Of a stretch of DNA of 64,000 bases, positions 22,982 through 36,400 are shown piece by piece. Position 1 is the stretch's first letter. Every line of letters begins with the position of its first letter. Origin of the DNA: Lepidodermella squamata (Eukaryota > Animalia > Gastrotricha). A program made the position numbers and the translations under genes. The stretch is from NCBI GenBank assembly GCA_047495785.1, contig JBLDXI010000002.1, forward strand, positions 1,054,001-1,118,000, written 5' to 3'. Under the pieces are notes generated by a model. That model saw nothing but the letters and a program-made list of their open reading frames with translations, had not been told where the DNA came from and made no database searches.

Positions 22982-25900
22982 TTAATAATCTCCTTCTTCG
23001 GGATCAGCTCGTGGCTTAGGAGACTTCTTCGCAGGTTTTGGTTTCACAACGGACTCTTCCTCAGGCTGTGGAACCATTTCCATCAGCTTCCGGCTAACTG
23101 TAGCTCGCGACACTGGCTTGAAGGATTGGTCATTCATTTTGAAAATCTTCTCGCGAGCCAGCGTGAATTTGGAGATGACGGATTCGAGCTCGAGACGTCG
23201 AGCAATGCTTGCCTCATCCTCCATGAATAGACGGTCCCTTTCATCCGCGTCACACAGTTTGAGGAGGCGGGGCTTCAACGTGTCACAAACTGCTTCGATC
23301 ATGTGCCGGGTTACAGATTTCACCATAGCTGAGACCATGGGATCACGAACTCGATCCATATACCGAACAGCAAGATTGCCTGGATTGGAAATTTCGTAAG
23401 GTTGTTGGAAAATGTTTTCAAAAAAACTTACGGTATGATGCGACCATCGCTGGGGTAATACGGCTAATGCTGTCCTTCATCAAAGAATTCTCCTCGAAAT
23501 CATCGCCAGCATCTTGAACAGTTTCGACCTCGTTTTCACTACTAGAGTCGTCAATATCACTTTTATCCTGGTCCTTGTCATCGCCTGCTTCACCAGCGAC
23601 GGGTCGGGGTTTTGTCAACGCTGCAGGTCGTGCTGGCTTTAAAAATGGATCTAGAGCTCGGCTTGCAGATGGGGATATATCTGCTTTGTTATCGATGACA
23701 TCGTCTTCCTTGCGCAATTCGTCAAGATTGATGTGCGCCTGTTGCACCTCTGCCAGTTCTTTCGTGGCCTTCAAAGCCTTGGCCTGCTCCTCGTCCAAAA
23801 TATCCCGAGTCATTTTCATAATCTCGCCAGACAGAACCGGCAGACGGTGCATGTTTTGCTCCAGTTCCTCGTGAAGATCGATGCATTGGCTAACTTCGTT
23901 CAGCATAGACTGGTGAACAGCCCGAACACACTCACGGCCGACTAATACGAAATTTTCCAGCATGAGTTGGACAATCCGTTTGCAGGCTTCGTCTTTGAAC
24001 GTTGCTTCGCCTACATCACCACTAGCGTTGGCGATGATTGTTTGAATCTGTTCTTCAGTCAACTCGAGGGCAAGTTGTCGAATCCTGGCTGGGAGGGCGA
24101 AATTGAAGAGCTCACGAATCGCCGTTGAAGCAGTGAATCTCTTCGCGACTTTCACTTGATTACCGCTAGTTCGAGCTGTTTTGCCTGTAATGGCGTATTG
24201 GTACGCCTCAGCGTAATCAAGGGTCACATCTACAGCTGAGTGAAGGTAGTCAGCAACATCACGAGTTTCGCCCAACTCTTCTCGCTCCGCGAAGGATTGG
24301 TCATTCATTTTGAAAATCTTCTCGCGAGCCAGCGTGAATTTGGAGATGACGGATTCGAGCTCGAGACGTCGAGCAATGCTTGCCTCATCCTCCATGAATA
24401 GACGGTCCCTTTTATCCGCGTCACACAGTTTGAGGAGGCGGGGCTTCAACGTGTCACAAACTGCTTCGATCATGTGCCGGGTTACAGATTTCACCATAGC
24501 TGAGACCATGGGATCACGAACTCGATCCATATACCGAACAGCAAGATTGCCTGGATTGGAAATTTCGTAAGGTTGTTGGAAAACGTTTTCAAAAAAACTT
24601 ACGGTATGATGCGACCATCGCTGGGGTAATACGGCTAATGCTGTCCTTCATCAAAGAATTCTCCTCGAAATCATCGCCAGCATCTTGAACAGTTTCGACC
24701 TCGTTTTCACTACTAGAGTCGTCAATATCACTTTTATCCTGGTCCTTGTCATCGCCTGCTTCACCAGCGACGGGTCGGGGTTTTGTCAACGCTGCAGGTC
24801 GTGTTGGCTTTAAAAATGGATTTAGAGCTCGGCTTGCAGATGGGGATATATCTGCTTTGTTATCGATGACATCGTCTTCCTTGCGCAATTCGTCAAGATT
24901 GATGTGCGCCTGTTGCACCTCTGCCAGTTCTTTCGTGGCCTTCAAAGCCTTGGCCTGCTCCTCGTCCAAAATATCCCGAGTCATTTTCATAATCTCGCCA
25001 GACAGAACCGGCAGACGGTGCATGTTTTGCTCCAGTTCCTCGTGAAGATCGATGCATTGGCTAACTTCGTTCAGCATAGACTGGTGAACAGCCCGAACAC
25101 ACTCACGGCCGACTAATACGAAATTTTCCAGCATGAGTTGGACAATCCGTTTGCAGGCTTCGTCTTTGAACGTTGCTTCGCCTACATCACCACTAGCGTT
25201 GGCGATGATTGTTTGAATCTGTTCTTCAGTCAACTCGAGGGCAAGTTGTCGAATCCTGGCTGGGAGGGCGTTATTGAAGAGCTCACGAATCGCCGTTGAA
25301 GCAGTGAATCTCTTCGCGACTTTCACTTGATTACCACTGGTTCGAGCTGTTTTGCCAGTTATCGCGTATTGGTAGGCCTCGGCGTAATCTAGGGTAACAT
25401 CTACAGCTGAGTGAAGGTAGTCTGCAACATCACGAGTTTCGCCCAACTCTTCTCGCTCCTCTCGGTAGGAAGACAGGCGTATATTTATTTCTTGGATGGT
25501 TTTCGGGGTTGCCTTAGCGATTTCCGTGCGCAGAATCTTCACCAGAGTTTCAGCAAGGACCTTAGATCCGTGTTTCTTGGCCAAAGCTGGGTTGTGACCA
25601 AGAGCTTTTTTCAGCTTAGTTTCCTCAGCAGACCTTGCTTTGTCGAGTGGTACTGCTTCGTCCAAGTCTTCCTGCGATCGATTGATCACCCCGACAATGC
25701 CACGTTTCGCAACCAAATTCTTCTCCTGCAGCATCTTTTCCAGAGTTTTCGGGTCGACCTTATCCAGGTGAGTCAGAACCATGAGAGTCCTTTCGCCGGT
25801 GGGGTCGACACTTCGAGCGATTTGAATGGCTTTATTGGCCTTGTAGTCATCATGGGCCGCATGGACTAGCACGATTATCGTCTCCGGGCTGCTGATATAC

Positions 25901-26448
25901 TTCTTCCACATCTTTTCGACGAAGCTCGACACATCGCGATGAGAAGCGTCGTCGAAAATCAGACCGGGCAGATCGACGAAGGCTAGCGGCACTGTGTTTC
26001 TGATGTGAAGCTCCATTGAGATTGGATTATCGGACAAGCCTCCCTTCGTTGCTGGCGCTAATTGGGCTGATATTTCCATGAGCCTTTCAGCAGTTTCAAC
26101 TGCTGGAACTTGCTCGGCCTGTTTAGAGGCGACCCCTCGCTTATCGACCACTGAATACTCGATTTTCGCCCAGTCTTGATCGCTGAATGGGCCTTTTTGC
26201 TTGCCGCGTTCGAAGATTTTGATTTCCAACGGACTTTTCGTAGAGGTTTCTCTTCCCTTGGGCAGAATTTCGAGGCCGATGAGAGTTTCGACGGTTGAAG
26301 ATTTGCCATGGCTCTGCAGACCAATGAAGACGAGTCGAGGTGTTTTGATTGCCTTGAAATCCTTCTGGAAATGGTCGTCGCCCAGCTCGTCCAATAGGGC
26401 TTGGGCTTCAGTGAAAGCACTCAAACTTGCGCTACTGAGTTGAAGCAT
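22982..26448 (-). CDS. Dynamin-superfamily GTPase with in-frame duplicated middle+GED region, 1120 aa
   Basis: Exons 26448-24603, 24550-23432, 23379-22982 total 3363 nt with no stop; 1171-bp internal duplication, junction KMNDQSF-A-EREELG near 24289. Confidence 0.85.
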
Positions 26449-27568
26449 TGTGGTGAATTATGTTGATATTTCGGCAGACTAAGAGCGTCGATGTTAAGCG
26501 ATGGTACATAGAACGGCCTTATATAGGCGCATCCTTATCCGAAATCGTGGTGGTGAAACATCTTACAAAAGGACGTTAATCGCCGTATAGCCTTGACGTT
26601 GTGCTCACCTTGATATTGTCATCATACGCAAAAACACGTAATAATGAGCAGCTTTTATGAAAACTTACTATGGTCACTATAAATATATCTAATATAATTC
26701 GTCATTAGTCATATTATATTATTAATCATATGCACGTTTTTTAGCCTCTTCATTCTTTGTTGTAAATTCCCCCAGGCCTTGTGAAAAAAGAGCAGCTGGA
26801 AGATCGGCGTCTTCTATGGAGAATGAAAATAAAGCGGAAAATTCAATGAAAACTGGCTCTCACAATATAATGAATCTTCGACAAAATTATTCCTGTTCTT
26901 CCTCAAAGTCACCTCCAATATATCATAGAGCTTAAAATCATAAATCTCAAATGTCTCGTTCACAGAATTAGTAAGCCTTGGGCGAAAAAGGCGAATGCCA
27001 ATTCTCCCGGTAAGGTTCATAAGTCCTTCAAAAGTCAAAATGAAGCTGTGGTATTAATGAAAAAGCAATAAAAGTTTTTTGGTAAGATTTCCTTGAGGTG
27101 GTCATCAAATTCCCGAGCTTCGTCGCTTCGTTCCGGAAGTGGCCGAAAGTGCAAATCAATTGAGCCCTGTCTCCAATTATTGTCCTTTGATTCAAACTTA
27201 GCGTATTGTTCGCAAGAGCTAGGAGCGTTTCATATTGTTTGATACAGTTAGTACTTCGTCATAATATTTAAGAATGCCACAATGCGAGCAAAATTTGTAT
27301 AATTTCCAAACCTCTGCTGATCTAGGCAAGGATAGCACAAGGCTTTTAATTTCCAACTTCATTGCGAAAAAAGTCTGTGAAACATCTGCCCTCGATTTTA
27401 CTGAATTTACTAGCGAAACTGGAAGCTGAAAATTGTAGAGAAGTGTGGACTAAATGTTACAGATATGGCAACAAGAATGCAAAGGAAATTTTCTTCGACT
27501 TTAATATTGGCAAATAGTTTGCAGACAACAATAACAAAAACAACAATTAATGGTCAAGCAATACAGTT

Positions 27569-28528
27569 TTACTTCTCGATAGATGTTGCTTCACCAAGGC
27601 AGATTTCGAGTTGGCAACCAGTTTTATCAGCGTCGTATTTCACAAGGTGGCCAATGATCGCTTCATTGCCTTTCTCCAACGCCAACTGCATCGCAGTTTT
27701 ACCATCGCCATTCGCATTATTAACGCCAGAATTGTCAGTTTCCAGCAGCTTCAACACACCGAATTCACGTCCAGCCAGCACAGCTCGATGCAGGGCATTT
27801 TCGCCGCGACTGTTGGCCGTGTAGATTGTCGCATTCATCTCGGCCAGGTACATCGTAATCAGCTCACTGCCGCTATCAACGGCGTACATCAAGGCAGTGT
27901 TGCCGTCTTTATCGGCCACGTTAATGTCGGCGCCAGCTTCGATCAACTTGATGGCTATCTCGATGTTGTTCGACGCAACGGCGGCGATTAGGGGAGTAAA
28001 ACCGTTTGCGGCGTCTTTCTGGTTTAGATCAACTTTTTGATTGATGAAATTCACAACAGCTTCCACATCACCTTCCTTCGCCGCTTGAATGATTGATTTC
28101 TACGAGGAAAATTGTAATAAACTTTATCAATTATTAAGTTTGTAACCTGTGAACAGCTCATCACCAGGGGAGGATCCCAAGATCCGTTGCTTCCGCAAAT
28201 GCTGACCGGGGATTTGTCGCCAAGCGATGGGCAGTAGATTTGCAGTGCGTAGCCTTCCGTCAGTGTTTTCATACGCGCTGGAATGAAAGGATCAGTTTTG
28301 GTTGATGTTCGCGATTTCAGCGTAAATTCGGCCGCTGGTGGCACTTGTGGGATTTTACACCGAACCGTAATTCTGTCGCTTTCGATCTTATCGGTAATAG
28401 TCTGATTGAATAATTCCGAGTTGAATTGATTGATACATGTTATAGGGAATTCTTACGTCTAGCAATTCGCTCTTCTTCGACTGGCACGAGGCTAAAGAGG
28501 CAAAAATGATGGCGAGCTTCAACAACAT
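27569..28528 (-). CDS. Secreted sushi/CCP-like + ankyrin-repeat protein (intact parent of the truncated copies; 3' end uncertain)
   Basis: Signal-like MLLKLAIIFASLASC; CKIP...IYC...ICGSNGSWDPPLVMSC; ankyrin repeats GFTPLIAA, GNTALMYA, GENALHRA, GKTAMQLA. Confidence 0.78.
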
Positions 28529-29397
28529 TTTACAATCAGTAGAAGAATGATATTCGTTTTTTGGTGAACGTAAGTTGGAGAGATTGACAACTTTTCAATT
28601 GGCGGTATACTCTAAAATGGCGAGATGGAATGATGTGACAGCTAAGATGTTATCTAATTTGCTAACAGGTGTAACAGACGGTGTGGCATGTGACACCCTG
28701 AACATCTGACATACTTTGCGTAACTTTGAGTAATTATTTATTCCGACCTACGCGAAATATCTAAATTTGATTTGAACAGGGAAATTAAATTTAAATTAAA
28801 TTAAAATCTCAATAACGACCACCATTTCCGATCTAATCACCTTGCTCGCATTTAATAAAACTTCAGAATTTATTAGCAGAATCTGGTTTTGAAAGTTTTG
28901 AATAATAGAAAGACGACATTCCTTTTGTGATATGTAATCATTAAAAACTCGGTAAACCTTTGCAAAATCTGTAAAGTATTTGAATGACAGTCTATAGATA
29001 TACTCTTATTCGCCTTAATAAATTCATCATTTCGCTCCTGTTCAATGTTTCTTGATTTTTCCAGGATTTTCATAATCGAGCTCTGAATCTCTGAATGAGT
29101 GATGATTCATACCCAACAGTGTTTTCAGCCTCACAGGTGTTAAATGGCCGCACGAGTCGGCTATTTTGCCGCGTCGTCATCAACAAGCAGAATCGTGAAG
29201 CATAAATAATACGTAGAGTTCATCGTAAAAGCAATATATATTCCACGCTCGCCCAACTCGCTGCTCATGTGCTCTTCATCGTCGCACTTATACGCGAGAA
29301 AAAAGGAAAAAATAAAGATGGGAATGATAAGTGATACTCCACTTAATAAAACTCGCTCATCATAATCAGCTTTAACAACAACGCTATAACTGGTAGA

Positions 29398-32300
29398 ATG
29401 TTATCACGGTGGCTGAATTGTCTTGTTTTGCTGCTGTTTTCGCAGCCGAATTTTGTAAGAGAATTTATTGAGCAGGATTCAATTCTTTAACAAAATAATC
29501 TTCGAAATAAGGGGCAGCGCGTAGCTCCAACAAGGCGAACAACATCGACAACGCGATCCCGGCAGTCGATAACGAAAATAACCACAACAGTCCCGACTAC
29601 AACAGAACCACCAGGTGTTAGTCTACTTTCATGCTGGAAATTCTCATTTTAAAAACAAATGTTCAGTGCCTAGTACCTTGGGAAAGAAATGGCTTTTACG
29701 GTATGAATTGGCGAGACGTAGTCGAGGGTGGGCAATTGGTGCCGGTCGGCAATCACATAACACTGTACTGCTACAGCAACTATGTTCGGCAGCCTCTAAA
29801 TAGCCAACTGAGTTACTGCACCGAACGAAATGGCTGGCAACCCTTTCCGAACGCGACTTGTGTTCTTAGAGGTAAATATATAGTTGGCTCATTTCCGAAT
29901 TTAATCATTGATTTTTTCGCAGGAACAACCCCAAGGCCTTCGGTATGTACCCGGGTGTTCAAGTTTGACATTTTGCCGCTTTTACCAAACCTTTCGTAGG
30001 TCGATGAGGCTAAACAGCGGGATTTTGGCGATGCTGCAGCTTTCGGAAACTTGGCTCAAGTCCAAGAAGTATACGACCGCTTGAAGCCGTCCATCAACTG
30101 GATCGATCTGCTAACCCTGCCCAGTACCGACCGATGCAATGCTGTGCGAAACCCGACCCCACTCATCCGAGCCGTAGCTTGCGGTCAGAATGAAAGCGTC
30201 ATCGGGTATCTGTTAGAAAAAGGCGCCCAGGTGTCGGTAACCGATGGAAATGGCTGGTCTGTACTCATGCATGCAGTCAATAGAACAAACTCGTCAGTTG
30301 TTCGATTGCTGCTGGAAAAAGGAGCAAATGCGGATTATTCAACAAACAGCGGAGAATCAGCTCTCTCCATAGCAACGCAATATGCTTCGGTCCGCAATAA
30401 CTCAGATATCGTTTTACTCCTTATTCTAGCCGGGGCTCGAAGGATAGGTTGCTCGCATCCTCTCTGCGATGAAAGTAAGGATCGCCAGTTGAAAAGTTCA
30501 ACCAATTCTGATGGAACCTTTTCAGGTGCATTTAGGGAAACTTTGAAAAACGCATGGCCAGCGCCAGGGGTAAAAAAGCTCTTAGTTTCACCTTATTCCA
30601 CAATTTGTCACCTCTTTTAGGTGATAACGCATCGTCAAAGAGATTTGGGAGATGCGATTGCGAGTGGCAATAAGGAGCAAATTTTGGCAATGTTAGACGA
30701 GGTTGGGAAGTTTGGCTTCCTTGACATTAACTGGATTGATCCTAACGCCACCTTTCCGAACAATCGAAACTGCCCTAGTTTAAGAAACGCGTCCTACCTA
30801 ATCCGCGCCGCGGCTTGCAATCAAAGCGCTGAAATAGTGAATCTACTGCTCGAGGATGGCGCGAACCCTTCTTTAGCTGATTCCGACAACTGGACCCCGT
30901 TAATGCATGCCAGTTATTTGGGCAATGAGGAGTTGGTTCGTCTCTTGATTAAATGGAATGTTGATCTGGAGACGAAAGCAACATCGGGCTGCTGCCCTGG
31001 TTTCACAGCTTTGAGACTAGCGGCTCAAACGAATAATGACGAGATTGTTTCCATGCTATTGGCCGATGGAGCTAACCCGGTGGATTGTGACCACCCACTC
31101 TGTATAGGAGCTGAACAGGAACTTAGCTCAACTGTCCCTACTTCAACACCAAGGTCTATGAGCACAATTTTATCCCAACAGAAGGTTACCTTGAACATTT
31201 TGATCAGCTTAAAATTGGACTGTTCTAAAGATTATAGAGGAGCTGCAGAAAAAGCTTGGTCAAGCTGCTGCCGATGGGGACGCAATGAAGTTGGGCTATC
31301 TCGTCAAAATGGCTGGTTACATCGATATCAATTGGGTCGATCCAGTAAAATATCGAGGCGGAGGGACTTGCTCCACCATCCAAAGCTCAACAGCCCTGCT
31401 GCGAGCTACAGCATGTAACCAAACTGTTAACATTGTCAAAATGCTTCTCGACGCCGGTGCGAAGACTTCAGCGGTGGATTCAGATAACTGGAGCCCGCTT
31501 ATGTACGCGAGTTACAAGGGCAATGCCGAGGTAGTTTCTCTGTTGTTGGAAAGAGGGGCTGATACAGAGGTTGAGGCACTTTCGGGTTGCTGCCCTGGCT
31601 CGACGGCTCTTACCCTGGCATCGGCTTTCCCGGCGAAAAGTTATGAAATCGTCAAACTACTACTCGCATTCGGGGCAAATCCTATCAAGTGCAGGCATTC
31701 ATTATGCGCTGAAGGTAATTTTCAAGTTTTTAAGGATAGGAACCTTCCAGTTATGCATTCTAGCTCGAAGATTGACAACCTTCACAATGGTTATGTCAAC
31801 TACCTCGGTAATGACGATGCCTACGTCTTCATTACCAGTTTCTGAGGCAATCCCGACCTCTACGGAATCGGTAACCCTTCCCTCGTATGAAACACCCTAT
31901 TCAAAGGACTCCGTAACAACGAGCCCTGAAGCCACTTTTTCGGTGTACTCTTCAACTGAAGAGTCAACAACCTCGTCCCTTACTACCGAAACACGCCCTC
32001 CAGCTTCAACGACTACAACATTTTCCACCACTGAGAGAATGGTATATTAAGGAGGGTTTTTTGAATTGTTGATCTCATTTGATTTTCAGACTACGTCAGC
32101 CGATAGACAAACAGCGTTAGGTGACGCAGTGTCACGTGACGACCTGGCTCAAGTTGAGCAGATTCTTCGTTACCCCGAAGTTAACGTTAACTATGCCAAA
32201 TACGGCCGAAAGTATTGCCGCATCGCCGAGTTGGACACAGCTTCTGCCCTTGTCATTGGCGCTGCTTGCAATGTGAACGTTCGCATAATTTTCGCTCTGC

Positions 32301-32811
32301 TTGATCGTCAGGCTGACGTAGCTTCCCGCGACGGATACGGATGGACGGCTATCATTTGGGCGGCGTACCGCGGCAATACCGAATCGGTTCGGTACCTTCT
32401 GGATCGCGGGTCGGATATCGACTCTATCGGCACGACTGATGGTTATTTGAGATTATGATTCCTTTCATACAGATCTAATGATTTGTTCCAGGTGTTACCC
32501 CTCTTATTGCTGCTGCAACGTTGGGTCGAAATGATGTTATCCGTCTCCTGATTGATCGCGGCGCTGATATTGAAGCTCGGAAACGCGATGGCTCGAATGC
32601 TTTAATGGCTGCTGCGAAAAACAACCTGGTGGAAACAGTTCGAATGCTTGTTTTAGTTGGTGGGGCTAATATAAATGCCAAAGATGCGACGAATGGCTAT
32701 ACTGCTTTGGTTTGGGCGGCGTCGAGGGCTAACACTGAAACTGTCCGGTATTTGCTAGCTCGAGGCGCCAACACAGCCGGTTGCACATTCACCATCTGCG
32801 AAGAGTATTGA
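29398..32811 (+). CDS. Multi-exon secreted protein: signal peptide, Thr-rich linkers, sushi-like domain, four Cys-containing ankyrin modules
   Basis: MLSRWLNCLVLLLFS; ITLYC...YCTERNGWQPFPNATC; repeated QRxLGDA...INW...C...GWTPLMHA...CCPG...CxHPLC modules; exon boundaries only partly resolved. Confidence 0.78.
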
Positions 32812-32924
32812 ATATTTGACAGCATTCCTTAATAGTTTCAGGCTTCGGCTTATTTCTAGTTTTGTCTATTATTTGAATAAAAGCCTGTATATGGTGAAGA
32901 CTTTTTCAGTGCCAAAGGAAAAAG

Positions 32925-33070
32925 TAGGTCAAACCGGGTAAAATACCGATAATTACCAAACCGGTTACCATCGGGTTTTTCCGGGTTTTCCTCGGTATTT
33001 TTCAAATTACCCCATTTAAATCGCGGATAAATATGGAAAATACCATTCGTTGGTTCAATTTTCGAAAAAT
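32925..33070. repeat. Dispersed repeat, copy 1 of 3
   Basis: ccgggtaaaatacc...gttaccatcggg shared with about 36150 and 43040 in the same orientation. Confidence 0.7.
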
Positions 33071-33471
33071 TGATTAATTTTTAGCTTTTGGTCCGTTTCG
33101 TTGACGACATATTTCCTGGATTCTGTGAAAAAATTACGCAATTTTGTTCACGGTCTCTCGGTTTATTATTCAAACAATTTCGCTACTAAAAGCGCAAAAC
33201 AAACGATGATAGAATTGTTCAATAATATGATGTTTTCACTTCTGTATAATCCAAAACGATAAGATGGGCAGTTATATAGTCTGAACAAGAAAGCAAGCAA
33301 AAAAATGAAAAAAAGCCACTGGTAATTTGCGTAAAATTATTTCAAGGTCAGCAGATGCTGTAGCTACTCTTCCTTTCCGAACCTATAGAAGCATTTCAAG
33401 GGAAATTATTCACATCAGCCCTGGTGATATTTTCCTTATGCTATCCTAACTATAACGGAAACGGTTGTTGT

Positions 33472-36400
33472 TCAAAATCTTCCGCTAATTCGTTGCCAGT
33501 ATGAGTCAACTGAGCCGCCAGGTGGCCGTGTGTTATCCGCCGTCATTGTAGTCGTGCTTGCAGATGATTCCTCGTAAAAATAGCCAGATTGCGACATTGA
33601 GCCGGGAGTTTCTTCGAGCATTTGGGCGTTCGGCAGGGGCAGCGATGGGATGGACTGTTGTTGCGACAAATAGGAAGACAGTTGCTGCGGCAGTTGCGGG
33701 TAAGGCGCTGCTTGTTGCAGGTAGGATGACGGCGGTTGCATGAACCTCGACTGCTGCGAGTTGGTCATAGCGCACATCTAAAAATTACAGGAAAAAATTA
33801 GAAATTAACTCGATAAAATTGGTAGATTTCAAGATGAGAATTTTTAAATTTTTCGAGAAATTTATAAAATAAGAAATAAACGCAGTTCCACGGATTTGTA
33901 GATTTTGTAAATTCAGAGCCAAATTTTTTTCTAATTTCTAATTTTTTATTTAAAATTTGAGACTCCAGCACTAGATTTTCCTTAAATGTGTTTTTTCGAG
34001 TTTCATGTCATCTCTGGAATCTCATCTTTTTTAGGATCATACCTAACCGATAGAGCTTCATATTACGCGTATTTTGCGCTATCAGCGGACAATTAATGAG
34101 TTATACTTCAGCCTGCAGAGCCGATATCGATTCCAAGTATCGATTTTACAAATCAGTGATTTTTCCGATATCAGCCGTCTTTGAACCCAACATCGATAAT
34201 TTTTCTACGTAGCTTAGGGCGCCAGGGTAGCTAAAACCAAAAATCCTAGGTTCAGGGAGGGCATCAGTATCGATCCAAATAACGAAAACACCGAAATCGC
34301 AAAGGATAAAAAAATTTAGTGCCAGGACGCTCAGCTTTAGTGCTGGAACCTGGAACCTCAGTTTTAGTGGTGCAAATATTTGGACCCATTTTTCAATATT
34401 CAAAAATTTTTAAATGTCTTCAGAACATTTTTTCGAGTTCATAAATAGCTTCCCTCGAGTAGTCGAAAACGCAAAAAAATCGGAAAGATTAAATGATTAG
34501 TTTGCTAAAATTTGATGCCAGAATTTCAATTTGAGTCGTTCAAATATTTTGACCTAAAAATTAAACGATCGAGTCTCAAATTTAGGACGTGTATTCGAAA
34601 ATTCGAAAATTCGAAATAGTTATAGGAAACCTATTTCGGAAATTATTGTGCGAAATTCATAGATTTTTTACGATCTCTAATTTTGAAAATTTTTTAAATT
34701 ATTCGAGAAAATAAATTGAGGTTACCTCGATTCTTGGATCGTAAGTTCGCGTTCCACAGCAGCGAAGTACGCCGTTGTAGTTCTGATAATACCGCCCGTC
34801 ACAGCACATCTGGCCCGGCGTGTAGTCCAACAACTGGCCACCGCAGCAGAAGTGCATCTTCGTGTTGTAAACCGTCGACATACAGCACGCTAAATCACCC
34901 GGCAACATGACATTCGGCGCCGTCGACAACAACTGACCATTCACGCAAACTGGCTGCGGCTGTTGGGACGAAATCGAATTCCGCCGATTCAACATTGCAA
35001 ATAATTCCGGCGCTAATTGCTGGGGTAGGCTTTGCGGTAGAATCGGGTCGAACTGGGGAAGCTGGGAAAATGGGCCCGGGTTCGGGTTGAGTTGGGGCAT
35101 AGCTCGGCCGGGTCTCAACCCGGCAAAACCCTGGCTCGGGTTGCATTGATCGAACCGCCTATCGTAGACGTGGTCGCCGCAGCATTCGATGAAAGGATTG
35201 CCATCGGTTACCTCCCATAACGAGCCTTCGCATGAGATGAATCGAGGCATAGCCTGGGTTGTAGTCGTTGTAGTCGGGACAATGGGCGGTGGGGTTGTAA
35301 GGGCCTCGACCTCGTTCATGCGGCAAGCGTAGCGGCGCGTGTCGTAGACCTGTTTGCCGCAGCACGTGTAGAAAACAGCTTCGTCTAGCCCGATCAGTTC
35401 ATACACCTGGTTGTTGCAATTTAACCGCATTCGGCCGTTCGAGCTCGAAAACACGGCCGGGCCTACTTTCGACTCGGTTGTAGTCGTCGTAGTCGGGGTG
35501 GTTGTTGTCGGTGAGGTTGTTGTTGTGGTTGTTGTAGTGCTGGTTGTAGTTGTAGTCGGGGGTGGGGTTGTGGTTGTTGTGGTTGGGGCTTCGGTGTTGG
35601 CCGCTGCGAACATCTGAGCGTGGCGGACCATGTCGGCGACAAGGGAGGCGAGCGGGCTGTTGCTGAAAAAACCGCCTCCATTCGATGACGAAACGTTGAC
35701 TGACGAAAGTAGAGGGCCGAGTTTGGGAAGCAACTACAACAAAATATTAAAATATTAAAACAAATCTGCACATTTCTGGAAAAATTGTAGTTTCCAAGCA
35801 AGATCATGTCTACAGTTCAGTGATATTGAGAAAAAATATCTATCAATTTTTCTAAATTTAAAAAAAAAATTGCGAGCTGGTTACGTTGAAATTTTAACAA
35901 TTTGAAAATTTAATGGCTCGATAAAAATAAGAATAACGGAAAATAGTTAAATAACTTTGGAAATCAAAATCCCAAATTGAAAAATCGAATAAATTCAATA
36001 AAATGCTATCTCGGCACTCGGCAAAGTTTTCTCGAATAGCATCGTTAATGCCTCAGCCTAAAATTAAAAAATTGAAAAAAATCGTAAAATCACGTGAAAA
36101 ATCAAGTATGTCACTTGTTAATGGGATTAAAAAAGTCCGGAGAAATTCTGTCCAACCGGGTAAAATACCAAAATTTACCAAACCAGTTACCATCGGGGTT
36201 TTCCGGGTTTTCTCCGGTAAATTTTTTCCGGAAATCGCGGCTAAAAGATGGAATATTCTCTCGGTAGGTTTAATTTTAAAAAAATTAGCTGAATATCCTA
36301 CAAAAAATTGCCAAATTTAAAAATAATTGCGCAATTCTGGGACACGCTGTAGTAAGGGTTAGAAATCGGCGTATACAATTTGGAAAAAATTGATTACCTT

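Noticed and set aside
35470-35590. GTT/GTA repeats as a microsatellite
   Set aside because: They encode the poly-Thr region of the galaxin-like gene on the minus strand
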